Below are positions 21,224 to 30,179 of a DNA stretch of 64,000 nucleotides, piece by piece (the stretch's first letter is position 1; each line of letters starts with the position of its first letter). The stretch covers positions 8,987-72,986 of the forward strand of contig CALKEU010000013.1 in assembly GCA_938084565.1 (NCBI GenBank). Reading direction: 5' to 3'. A program made the translations under genes and the position numbers. The notes under the pieces were generated by a model. The model searched no databases. It saw only the letters and a program-made list of their open reading frames with translations, and was not told the DNA's origin. The DNA comes from Candidatus Kapaibacterium sp. Its GTDB lineage: Bacteria > Bacteroidota > Ignavibacteria > Kapaibacteriales > HRBIN21.

Positions 21224-22017
21224 TGCAGCTTCGCTAGCAGGGGCCCGCGCAACCCTGAGTACCCGGTCAATTCAGCCTCGATGGTGCCAATGAGTACCTT
21301 GGTGGCAACTTTGACCGGGATTTTCCGATCGTCGTCGCTGAGCCAAATGAGGATACGTCCCTCGCTACGGAAGAGCCCACCCTCGACAACGAGGGGTTCG
21401 ATGAGCACACACCGAAATGTCCCCGCAGCAACCCGCACAATTTGTTTGCCATGGATGCGGACCCCAAGGTCATAGGTCTTGGTGCCGTAAAAGTTCTGCA
21501 GCCGGAGGATGGTGTCCTTCGGCATAGCCGAGAGGTTCAGGGTCCGTACGTAGTAGAAGGCCGAGACGATGTCGTGGACATGCCGTGGGATTGCAAACTC
21601 TCCCTCAGTAGTGACGGCTCGGCATTGGGCATGGTCGAGTCTGGCAGCGAAATCCCGGCGGTAGTTTCCTTCGCGCAAGCGCTGCTCGAATTCATAGGGG
21701 AAGATGCCAGCCACATCGATCACCGTGCGGTAGAAATCCCGCACTCGGTAAAGCCAGTCCAGTGCAGGGACAGAGCGGACCTCGAAGCGAATGTCGTAGC
21801 AGGGCCGTCCGAAGCGATAGACCGGCTGCGGGGCGATCTGGAAAGCGGCTGTGCCGGCTGTAATGAAGCGGTACTTGACATCGAATTCTAACCGTTCCCC
21901 GAAGCCGAAAGCTTCGTTCGGGAGAGCTCGCGTCCACTCCCCCGGTGGACAGGGCGGGGTGTCGGTATACAGGCTCGAGAGGGATGCTGCCAGTAGGAGG
22001 CCTCTTCGGAGAAGCAT
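21220..22017 (-). CDS. DUF3108 domain protein
   Basis: FGFGERLEF, HDIVSAFYYVR, VAAGTFRC, IWLSDDDRKIPVK. Confidence 0.8.
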   Translation of the reverse strand: MLLRRGLLLAASLSSLYTDTPPCPPGEWTRALPNEAFGFGERLEFDVKYRFITAGTAAFQIAPQPVYRFGRPCYDIRFEVRSVPALDWLYRVRDFYRTVIDVAGIFPYEFEQRLREGNYRRDFAARLDHAQCRAVTTEGEFAIPRHVHDIVSAFYYVRTLNLSAMPKDTILRLQNFYGTKTYDLGVRIHGKQIVRVAAGTFRCVLIEPLVVEGGLFRSEGRILIWLSDDDRKIPVKVATKVLIGTIEAELTGYSGLRGPLLAKLQ

Positions 22018-22103
22018 CGGCAATCTGCGCGCAGTGCTCTCCTCATTAGGACGCAGAGAGATCCGGCTTATCGCGCAGCATCAGTACACCGCTCCTGCGC
22101 GGC

Positions 22104-22111
22104 TATTTTTG
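22104..22111 (+). promoter_or_regulatory. -7 promoter element TATTTTTG
   Basis: Perfect TAnnTTTG in the divergent intergenic region before 22149. Confidence 0.6.
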
Positions 22112-22148
22112 CCCCTGTGCCGAGTGTGTCAGTAGCTGTGGAGAAGCC

Positions 22149-22823
22149 ATGCATCGGTTTCGTATAGCGCTTGTGGGAGCTACGGTGGCCGTTCTGCTGC
22201 ATGTGCAGGCCCGTGAGGTAGCGCCTTGGGAGTTGCGGGCTCGTGGGTTACGGTTCGGGATAGGAGGGCGCACATTGGTGGGTCCGGATGCTCAGCGAGC
22301 AGCCCCGCAGCTGGGTATCAACGCTGGGGGCTTTGCCCTCTTCGGCTTGGCCGGCTTTGCTGGTGGTGAGCTTGGGCTGCAGCTGGAACTACTCTATAGC
22401 CAACACACTGTCGAGCAGGAGATTCCGCTGGGGGCTGGGGAATATACGCTGCGGTATGATCTTGCGTACTTGGAACTCCCTGTCATGGTGCGTTTTGCGA
22501 GGCCGTTTGGAGAAATTGAGCTGGCGCCGCATGCAGGGGTAGTGCCGGCCGTGCGTATTGGTGGACGTCTGGAGCGGCGCGTGAGGACTAGCCCTCCGAG
22601 CAAGCTCGGAGCCGACTTCTCCCCTGCCGATGTCGGAATATTGATCGGAGTGGGCAGTGAGTTTGTGTTCCGCCGGTCAGCGCGCCTTTTTGTGGATCTC
22701 CGCTTCCAATGGGGGATGCTTTCCGTACTGCGTCAGGAGTTCAAACCGCTGTTACGGGAGGAGAAACCACTGCGTGCGCTCAGGCGGGCATCATACGGGG
22801 TCACAGTCGGGATTGGTTTCTGA
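22149..22823 (+). CDS. Outer-membrane beta-barrel protein (PorT/OmpA-like beta-barrel family)
   Basis: Signal peptide, LQLELLYSQ and YLELPV strands, C-terminal Phe (GVTVGIGF). Confidence 0.75.
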   Translation: MHRFRIALVGATVAVLLHVQAREVAPWELRARGLRFGIGGRTLVGPDAQRAAPQLGINAGGFALFGLAGFAGGELGLQLELLYSQHTVEQEIPLGAGEYTLRYDLAYLELPVMVRFARPFGEIELAPHAGVVPAVRIGGRLERRVRTSPPSKLGADFSPADVGILIGVGSEFVFRRSARLFVDLRFQWGMLSVLRQEFKPLLREEKPLRALRRASYGVTVGIGF

Positions 22824-22834
22824 GGGAGGTCCCC

Positions 22835-25800
22835 ATGTGGCGGTGGCTGTGGATAGCGGGTGCAACAGCATTGATATGGGCCCAAGAATGGCAGCAGGGG
22901 GTGCGCTATACCATTCAGGCAGTGTTGGTGCCGGCGGAGACCTTGCTCCAGGTACAGACACGCATGGTCTACCGCAACAATTCCCCCGACACGTTGCGGG
23001 AACTCTACGTGCATCTGTACTGGAACATCTTTGCCCCCGGAAGCTATGCTCGGCAGCTCAGTCGGGAGCGCCGCCTAGAGCAGCTTCCTGAACTGCCCCC
23101 CGTACGGGTGGATTCTTTCGTCGTGGAAATGTCCACAGGGGAGCAGGGCAGGGAATACCAGGTGGACAATACCATTGTTCGATTGCCCCTGCCGCGCCCG
23201 CTGCTGCCGGGAGATTCTGTCGAGGTTCGCAGTAGCATCGCCCAGCGTGTACCGCCGGAGGGGTTGCGTATGGGGCGATTCGAGAACGACTACTTTGTGG
23301 CCCATTGGTTCCCGTCGGTCTGTGTCTACGATCGCTACGGCTGGCACACGGAGCAGTACCTTGGCGTGGGCGAGTTCTACGAAGAAATTGCCGACTACGA
23401 GGTGGAGCTGACGCTTCCGGGCACATATCTGGTCGTGCATTCAGGCGAGCTACTCAATGGAGCAGAGGTCCTTCCGGCGAGCATCCTGGAGCAGCTAGAG
23501 CGAGCACGGGCCGATACAGCACCGGTACGTGTGGCCGATTTGTCGGCACAGCCGCTTACGGATTCAACTCTCCGTACATGGCGCTTCCGCGCCGAGCGGA
23601 TGCGTACGGTCGCCTGGGCTGCTGTCCAAAGCTACGTGTGGGACGTACAGCAATGGGATGGGATTCTCGTGCACGTCCTCTACCCGAAGCGGCTGGAGAG
23701 CTTTTACCGTGGCGAGGGCCTTCGTGCCGCTGTCCACGCCGTGCGGTACTTCTCCGAGTATCTCGGGCGCTACCCCTACCGGAATATGGTCGTCGTTGTT
23801 GGAGGCACAACCGGGGGCATGGAGTATCCGGGCCTTGTCTTCATCGGGCGCAACCTCGGTGGGGGGATCATGGCACCAGTAACGGTGGAGGTCATCCTCC
23901 ACGAAATCGGGCACAACTGGTTCCCGATGATGGTCAATTCCAACGAGACCGAGTTCGGCTTTCAGGATGAGGGATTCAACACCTTCGTGACGACACTGGC
24001 GCTTGAGGCCTTCTATGGGAGGCAGCAGGCCGGGCTTCGTGTCTGGAAGGGGCTCCAGCCCTTTATCCCTCGGCTTGATGAGCGGACGTCCAATGCCATA
24101 GCGACCATCCTCTGGCAACTGACGGGCTGGGATGAGCCGCTGCTGACACGTTCGGATTGGCATCGAACAGCCGGAAGCTACAGTGTCAATGCCTATCCCA
24201 AGACGGCCTCGTTGCTCTTCATGCTACGGGGGATACTCGGCCCCCAGCTCTTCGACGAGCTCATGCGGGAGTATGTGCGCCGCTTTCGTTTCCGGCATGT
24301 GTATCCGGAGGATTTCGTGCAGCTGGCCACAGAGATTGCCTCACGGCATCGGGGGCAACGTTGTGACCTGCGTTGGTTCTTCGACCAATGGTACGCTCAT
24401 ACGCCAGTTGTGGACTATGCGCTCGCGGGCTTTCGGAATCGCCCAGCAAATGATGGGACATGGGAGACGCAGCTTCTGGTGGAGCGGCGCGGCAGTGCGA
24501 TCCTGCCGGTAGAGGTGGAATTGCGCTTGGCTAATGGGGAGGCTCGTCGAGTACGGATTGGGGAAGAGAGCTTTCTCCGTGGGCCTGCACACATTGTGCA
24601 CCATCTGCGACTGCCGGCCCCAGTAGTGGCAGCCGTACTCGATCCCGATACGCTGTTGCTGCTGGATGTGAATCGCCTGAACAACCGAAGTGGACTTCTG
24701 CCTCCGCTGGCGGTTCGGGCGTTCGTCGAGGCCTTTGCCCCGGACCCACCAGAGCTCTATGCATATGGCATCTCGTGGCAGCCTGCTTTCGGATACAACA
24801 GCGTCGATGGCCTCAAGCTGGGGCTTGAAGTGCGTGGGGGGTATCTGGGGCTCTTCCATCGGATACAGCTGTCGGTAGCACAAGGGCTCCGTTTCCGGCC
24901 ACATTCATTCAACGGACTGGTTCGCTATCGGCATCTGCTGTGGCAGGTTCCGGGGCGTCCGCACCTGGAGGCGATGGTGGCATGGCAAGATGGATGGTGG
25001 CGTCTGCGGGGTGCAACAACGTTACAGCTGTCCCCGATACCACCATCGCCGTGGCAGTTGAGAGTTCGCTTAGCCGCTGGGTATTGGCGGCGACAGACGA
25101 CGCAGTATGCATTCCCGGCTTCACCGCTCGGGTTGGGTGTATGGCCATCGCAGCAGCTGGAGCTGCTGATGGGGAAAGCTGTGCTTGTTGCACAGCGAGA
25201 ATTCTCGGGGGGAAGCATCCGACTGCGTGGCAGCGTAGAGCCGCTGTGGTATCGCGAGGCTGTGCCCGCTGCTCTGCGTCCGGCTCCATTTGTCGATGGA
25301 CGGAGTCTGATCCGAACGACGCTGGAGCTCTTGCTGCAGCCATCGCTGCCGCTGCCTATTCTGCTCCGAGGAGTGGCCGGGTGGTTTCTCCCCGACGATG
25401 AGGCAGGGCTCGTCCCGCCGTTGGTGGGGTTTCGCTTAGTGTCGGTATCGCCCTTTGAGGAGCTCGAGCTCCCGCTATACCGTTCGCCGGGTATTATAGG
25501 GCCGAGGGCACGGCAGCATCGGACAGCTCCTACCGGCGGTGGGTTCCTGCGAGGGTACATTCCGCAGGACCAGCTTGGGCGTGCCTTGGTAGCGGTCAAC
25601 GCAGAGGTAGGGATTGCGCCGCTGTTGCGGGCTCTGCCGGGTCTTAGGATACTGGCCGCGCTGGTAGACGTTCAGCTCTTCGCCGATGGTGGGATGGTCG
25701 GGGAGCGCTTGAGCACGCCTGGGCGGTGGATGTTCGATGCGGGGGTGAGTTTGAGTCTGCCCTTGGTGTCGCCCATTCCGGGGTTTGCTTTCCCGCTGCT

Positions 25801-25936
25801 GGATCGGCTTGGAGTTCAGGCAGTGGCGCTCGATCTCCCCCTCTTCCTCACCCATCCACCGGCGGGCCAACGCCGATGGGCCTTCCGGTGGGGAATTCGG
25901 TTCCGCTCGCTGCAGCAGGCTGTCCTCGAGTGGTAA
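22835..25936 (+). CDS. M1-family zinc aminopeptidase with a long C-terminal extension
   Basis: Signal peptide, GGMEYP, HEIGHNWF-x-DEG zinc motif, AYPK catalytic Tyr; GGAGGT upstream of ATG 22835. Confidence 0.88.
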   Translation: MWRWLWIAGATALIWAQEWQQGVRYTIQAVLVPAETLLQVQTRMVYRNNSPDTLRELYVHLYWNIFAPGSYARQLSRERRLEQLPELPPVRVDSFVVEMSTGEQGREYQVDNTIVRLPLPRPLLPGDSVEVRSSIAQRVPPEGLRMGRFENDYFVAHWFPSVCVYDRYGWHTEQYLGVGEFYEEIADYEVELTLPGTYLVVHSGELLNGAEVLPASILEQLERARADTAPVRVADLSAQPLTDSTLRTWRFRAERMRTVAWAAVQSYVWDVQQWDGILVHVLYPKRLESFYRGEGLRAAVHAVRYFSEYLGRYPYRNMVVVVGGTTGGMEYPGLVFIGRNLGGGIMAPVTVEVILHEIGHNWFPMMVNSNETEFGFQDEGFNTFVTTLALEAFYGRQQAGLRVWKGLQPFIPRLDERTSNAIATILWQLTGWDEPLLTRSDWHRTAGSYSVNAYPKTASLLFMLRGILGPQLFDELMREYVRRFRFRHVYPEDFVQLATEIASRHRGQRCDLRWFFDQWYAHTPVVDYALAGFRNRPANDGTWETQLLVERRGSAILPVEVELRLANGEARRVRIGEESFLRGPAHIVHHLRLPAPVVAAVLDPDTLLLLDVNRLNNRSGLLPPLAVRAFVEAFAPDPPELYAYGISWQPAFGYNSVDGLKLGLEVRGGYLGLFHRIQLSVAQGLRFRPHSFNGLVRYRHLLWQVPGRPHLEAMVAWQDGWWRLRGATTLQLSPIPPSPWQLRVRLAAGYWRRQTTQYAFPASPLGLGVWPSQQLELLMGKAVLVAQREFSGGSIRLRGSVEPLWYREAVPAALRPAPFVDGRSLIRTTLELLLQPSLPLPILLRGVAGWFLPDDEAGLVPPLVGFRLVSVSPFEELELPLYRSPGIIGPRARQHRTAPTGGGFLRGYIPQDQLGRALVAVNAEVGIAPLLRALPGLRILAALVDVQLFADGGMVGERLSTPGRWMFDAGVSLSLPLVSPIPGFAFPLLDRLGVQAVALDLPLFLTHPPAGQRRWAFRWGIRFRSLQQAVLEW

Positions 25937-25941
25937 CGGGC

Positions 25942-27171
25942 TTATGGGGCGGGGGTGGTGAGCATACGTTCGAGCTCCTCTTCCTGCTGCAGGAACTGTC
26001 TCCGGAGAGCGGCAGCCTGCTGTGGCTTGCGGCGTTGTTCGTAGGCGCGGCTGGCCAGCTCGACGAATGCCTGGCGGTAGGTGGAGCGTTCGGCCGGATC
26101 GTCCAATTGCCACCATGGCCGCTGGTGGAGCAAAGGGAGGAGGCGGCGCAGCGCCTCCTCAAAGTGCCCGCGTTCGGCAGCCTGTTGGGCTTGGGCCAGA
26201 GCAGCCTCCAGGATCGAGCGGACACGATGGCTGAGGGTGTCCGGTACCGCTGTCGGATAGCGGCTGCGATAGTGCGCCCGGAGCTGTTCGACCAGGGCCG
26301 ATACGGTGGCAGGGTCGGAGAAGTCGTAGGCCGGAACCCGTAGGGCCGGGATTCCATAGACAGCGATGGAGACCGCGTGGCTGTCTGCTGGAAACCCTCG
26401 GGCGCGGAGCGAATCGGCCAGACGAGCCAGCACGCCGATGGTCAAATTCGTCCGCACAAGGCTCAAGGCCCCCCGCAGGAGAGCTACGCCCCACGGGGTG
26501 TCGTAGAGCGGAAACCAGCGGAGGAGCTGCTGCCGGATGAACTGGGCTTGTACGGAGACCCGGTGGAAGTCATCGCCCCAGATACCTGTGCGCGAGCGTA
26601 GAATGCGTAGTAGAGCGCTCGGCTGTTCGAAGCCGAAGAGCCGCAGGAGTGCAAAGGCCTGGGAGAAGCCTAGCTCAACGTAGTAGTGGATCTCGGGGAG
26701 CTCAAGGAGCTCCGCCATCGCTGCCAAATGCGCCCGTAGGCCTCGGTGCGCTCGGACATTGGCCAGCTTGTTATACTGGCTCGTGTCCGGAAAGCCTGCG
26801 TCGGCAGGGGTATCCCGTGGGATACCCACGATGGTGATTCGCCCCGTTTGAAGATCCACCAGGAGTACATGGTTAGCATCGGCGTGCGGGGTCGGATCCT
26901 GGAGGCGGGCATCGATGCCAATGAGGGCAATGGCAATGCAGTGTTGGCACGGCGGCAGCTGTCCTGTGGTGGATACTATTGGGGGAGCTGTACGGACGGA
27001 GGGGGTCGGAGGCCCAGCAATTGTATCGTCTGCCTTTAGGGAAGACTGTGCAAGCAGCGAATCGAGATGGTGCTCTGCTGGGCCACTCCAGAGCCTATGG
27101 CTGTAAAGCCACAGGAGGATCCCGCTGAAGAGGAGGGCAGCACCGAATATCCAGAGCCAGTACTTGCGCAT
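25942..27171 (-). CDS. LCP (LytR-CpsA-Psr) family protein with a helical/TPR-like C-terminus
   Basis: N-terminal TM, IGIDAR, IPRDT, RSR..DDFHR..Q. Confidence 0.72.
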   Translation of the reverse strand: MRKYWLWIFGAALLFSGILLWLYSHRLWSGPAEHHLDSLLAQSSLKADDTIAGPPTPSVRTAPPIVSTTGQLPPCQHCIAIALIGIDARLQDPTPHADANHVLLVDLQTGRITIVGIPRDTPADAGFPDTSQYNKLANVRAHRGLRAHLAAMAELLELPEIHYYVELGFSQAFALLRLFGFEQPSALLRILRSRTGIWGDDFHRVSVQAQFIRQQLLRWFPLYDTPWGVALLRGALSLVRTNLTIGVLARLADSLRARGFPADSHAVSIAVYGIPALRVPAYDFSDPATVSALVEQLRAHYRSRYPTAVPDTLSHRVRSILEAALAQAQQAAERGHFEEALRRLLPLLHQRPWWQLDDPAERSTYRQAFVELASRAYEQRRKPQQAAALRRQFLQQEEELERMLTTPAP

Positions 27172-27290
27172 GCTAGGGGGGAAGATGGGGGTTGGGAGAC
27201 TTTCGCCGCCACAGCGCCACAGCAGCAGACTCAGCCCTTCCCACAGAGGCCTGTACTGCGGGGGGATTGAAATGGTAACGGCGATGCCGG

Positions 27291-28121
27291 CTATTCATGC
27301 TCCGCCGTTTGTGCTCCTGGTTCGGAGGGAGCCTCTTCCTGGGCTTTGGCTTCTTCCCAGAGAGAGTCCATCTCTGCCAGAGAGAGCTCTGCAAGCGGGG
27401 CTGAGGCACGCTGTTCGATGTATTGGAAGCGCCGCACGAACTTATCGTTGGCCGTTTGGAGGCACTCTTCGGCGTTGAGGTGCTCGAAGCGGGCAGCGTT
27501 GACCAGAGCAAAGAGGAGATCGCCCAGCTCGGCTGCAATGTGGGTCGGGGAGCCTGTGTCAAGGGCGGTGCGGAGTTCGCGGAATTCCTCCTCAACCTTG
27601 CGCCAAACTTCCTCACGGCGGGACCAATCGAAACCGACGCTAGCGGCGCGTTCCTGCAGGCGCTGTGCTCGGAGAAGGGCGGGTAGGCTGCGGGGGATCC
27701 CCTCCAGGAGCGAGCTGCGGCCTTCGTTCAGCTTGAGTTGTTCCCACCGTTGCTTGACTGCCTGTGCTGTATCAGCAGCGGCAGAGCCGAAGACGTGCGG
27801 GTGGCGGTGGATGAGCTTGAGGCGTTCCTGGGCAATCACAGTCTGCAGGTGGAATTCCCCTGCTTCCTCAGCAATAGCACTGTGCATGAGGACATGGAGG
27901 AGCAGGTCTCCCAGCTCTCGGGCAAGCTCAGCCGTATCACCATGGCGAATGGCTTCCACCGTCTCGTAGGCTTCCTCGATGAGCAGCGGGGCCAGGGAGG
28001 CATGCGTCTGTTCGCGGTCCCACGGGCATGCACGTCGCAGCAGGCGAACGGTCTCCCAGAGAGCCTGGAACTGAGCAACGGGGTCGTCATCCCGATGGGG
28101 TTCAGGGTGAGGATATGGCAT
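27291..28121 (-). CDS. mazG: Nucleoside triphosphate pyrophosphohydrolase MazG
   Basis: CPWDREQT, EEAYE, ELGDLL twice, KLIHRHPHVF, GFDW. Confidence 0.95.
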   Translation of the reverse strand: MPYPHPEPHRDDDPVAQFQALWETVRLLRRACPWDREQTHASLAPLLIEEAYETVEAIRHGDTAELARELGDLLLHVLMHSAIAEEAGEFHLQTVIAQERLKLIHRHPHVFGSAAADTAQAVKQRWEQLKLNEGRSSLLEGIPRSLPALLRAQRLQERAASVGFDWSRREEVWRKVEEEFRELRTALDTGSPTHIAAELGDLLFALVNAARFEHLNAEECLQTANDKFVRRFQYIEQRASAPLAELSLAEMDSLWEEAKAQEEAPSEPGAQTAEHE

Positions 28122-28153
28122 AGCCACCGATGGTGGACAGGGACATCCAAGCG

Positions 28154-28203
28154 CAAAAATACGAGCGCTCTCGTGCCGGCGGGCATGGAAAGAGCTAATT
28201 TTG
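28154..28203. promoter_or_regulatory. Back-to-back -7 elements: TATTTTTG (minus, 28154-28161, mazG) and TAATTTTG (plus, 28196-28203, bamD)
   Basis: Two perfect TAnnTTTG facing outwards in a 90-nt divergent gap. Confidence 0.65.
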
Positions 28204-28211
28204 CATGAGCA

Positions 28212-28964
28212 ATGCTGCCGTGCTGCACAGTCATACTGTTGCTGCTTGCCGCCTGCGCCAGCCTTCCGGAGCCCAATCCTCGGGATGTAGAAGCTCTCTA
28301 CCGAGCAGCCCGTCAGGCATATGAGCGTAAGGATGACCAGCTGGCGCAGAAGTGGCTAGAGGTGCTCCGCACGCAGCACCCCGCCAGCCAGTATGCCGAC
28401 GAAGCTCTCTTCCTGTTGGCCGAGATACGTTTCCGCCGCAGCGAGTATGTCATGGCTGCCTTCCTCTACCAGCAGCTCCGCCAGTCTTACCCGAGCAGCC
28501 CTCATGCTCGGACGGCTCTCTACAAGATGGCTCTAGCGTATGAGGCGCTCTCACCTCCGTACGATCGGGATCAGGACTATACCTACAAAGCTCTGCAAGT
28601 GCTCATGGAATTCCGCCAGCTCTACCCAGGCGATTCCCTCTTGCCGGATGTTGAACGGCGCATTCGGCAGCTGCGGAATAAGCTGGCGCAGCGAGACTAC
28701 AGCATTGCGCAGCTCTACCGTAAGCTCGGAAGCCCGGAATCCGCGCTCATCTACTACGATGCCGTGCTCCAGCAGTATGGGGATACCGATGTTGCCGAGT
28801 TCGGCTATGTCGGCAAGATCGAGACCTTGCTTGAGCTGCAGCGTTGGCAAGACGCGCAGCAGCTCGTCGAACTGTACCGGCGCCTCTTTCCCAATGGAAC
28901 CCAGCGGAGAGTTGTTGAAGCGTTAGCGACGAACCTTAGCCATGGACAGCGAAGTGCTCCCTAA
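28212..28964 (+). CDS. bamD: Outer-membrane assembly lipoprotein BamD
   Basis: Lipobox LAAC, TPR repeats, SPPYDRDQDYT, YPGDS..LRNKLA. Confidence 0.88.
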   Translation: MLPCCTVILLLLAACASLPEPNPRDVEALYRAARQAYERKDDQLAQKWLEVLRTQHPASQYADEALFLLAEIRFRRSEYVMAAFLYQQLRQSYPSSPHARTALYKMALAYEALSPPYDRDQDYTYKALQVLMEFRQLYPGDSLLPDVERRIRQLRNKLAQRDYSIAQLYRKLGSPESALIYYDAVLQQYGDTDVAEFGYVGKIETLLELQRWQDAQQLVELYRRLFPNGTQRRVVEALATNLSHGQRSAP

Positions 28965-29475
28965 AGGAAAGCCTCCGTCTGCTTCGGCAGTGGAGATGAT
29001 GCATTTGGTGCTGCCCAACCATGCCAACCAGCTGGGGAATCTGCTGGGTGGACAGCTCATGCAGTGGATGGATATTGCTGCGGCGTTGGTTGCCATGCGC
29101 CATGCGGGCAAGGTGTGCGTGACGGCGGCCGTCGATAGTATTAGCTTCCTGGAACCGATTCGGGTCGGACACATCGTGCACATTCTGGCCTCTGTCAATC
29201 GGGCCTTCCGTACCTCGCTCGAAGTCGGGGTCAAGGTCTTCCGGGATGATCCCATCAATGGGACGCGGACCCATGCAGCTTCGGCCTACCTGACATTCGT
29301 CGCAATAGATCAGTACGGCAAGCCACTGCCCGTTCCCCCGGTGGAGCCCCAGACAGCTGATGAATGGCGCCGCTGGCGGGAAGCAGAATTACGGCGGCAA
29401 CAACGGCTGCAGCAGCGTGAGCTGCTGCGGCAACTGAGGCATCACCACGATGTTCCACAAGCATCGGAGCACTGA
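28942..29475 (+). CDS. Acyl-CoA thioesterase (YciA-like)
   Basis: PNHAN..GNLLGGQLMQWMD, VTAAVD, TSLEVGV, AYLTFVAID. Confidence 0.9.
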   Translation: MDSEVLPKGKPPSASAVEMMHLVLPNHANQLGNLLGGQLMQWMDIAAALVAMRHAGKVCVTAAVDSISFLEPIRVGHIVHILASVNRAFRTSLEVGVKVFRDDPINGTRTHAASAYLTFVAIDQYGKPLPVPPVEPQTADEWRRWREAELRRQQRLQQRELLRQLRHHHDVPQASEH

Positions 29476-29476
29476 G

Positions 29477-30172
29477 ATGGTGCGTATTGCTCTCGTTGCT
29501 CTTCTGAGCTCGTTTATCGTCACGGGAGCCTCGGCGCAATTTGTCTACCGCGCGGCGATAGGTGCGGGAGTCCACCCCAAGTTTGGCATCAATGCAGGCG
29601 AAATTCCGTCAGGGACAAAAACAGGGGTTGCCTTTACAGGAGTACCTGACCTGTGGGCCCAAGGGGTACTGCCCCTGGACAAGTATGGCGAGATTGCCGT
29701 CGGGCTCGACATTGGCTACATGAGCCATGCGTTCATGACCAAGCCTGGGGATGCCGATACAACGCACGAGGGGAACACCTTCACCCAACACTACCGCTAT
29801 CTCGGGATTGCACCGACGTTCTACCTGAATGTCCTGGGGTTAGGGCTCAACGTGGGGGTGCCGCTCGGCGGTACGCTGTCGAACCAGAGAGGGACTGTAG
29901 AGAAGGAGGTTCCGACTTCCGATATGGGGGTGTTCGTCGAGATACGGCTGGGTATTTCTGCCCCCTTGGTCAAGGATCCCAAGAGCGGGCGATTGAATTT
30001 ACAGCTGTTTGCCTCCTATGGGCTGACGAAGCTGCCGGCCAAGTCCTACGAGCTCATTCGTTTAGGGCCGCAGCCACCGGTGCCGGATCGCTATGCTCCA
30101 CGGATTGCTGCTTTAGCGGTGGGCTTGAGCTACCACTTCTTCTTGGGAGTTGAACGGGCTACGGTCGAATAG
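29477..30172 (+). CDS. Outer-membrane beta-barrel protein
   Basis: Signal peptide ending ASA-Q, alternating beta-strand pattern, terminal strand VGLSYHF. Confidence 0.6.
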   Translation: MVRIALVALLSSFIVTGASAQFVYRAAIGAGVHPKFGINAGEIPSGTKTGVAFTGVPDLWAQGVLPLDKYGEIAVGLDIGYMSHAFMTKPGDADTTHEGNTFTQHYRYLGIAPTFYLNVLGLGLNVGVPLGGTLSNQRGTVEKEVPTSDMGVFVEIRLGISAPLVKDPKSGRLNLQLFASYGLTKLPAKSYELIRLGPQPPVPDRYAPRIAALAVGLSYHFFLGVERATVE

Positions 30173-30179
30173 CGCAGCA

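Noticed and set aside
27172-27290. 119-nt gap between mazG and the LCP gene as an ncRNA
   Set aside because: Only short weak stems and a short CCACAGC repeat; no motif support.
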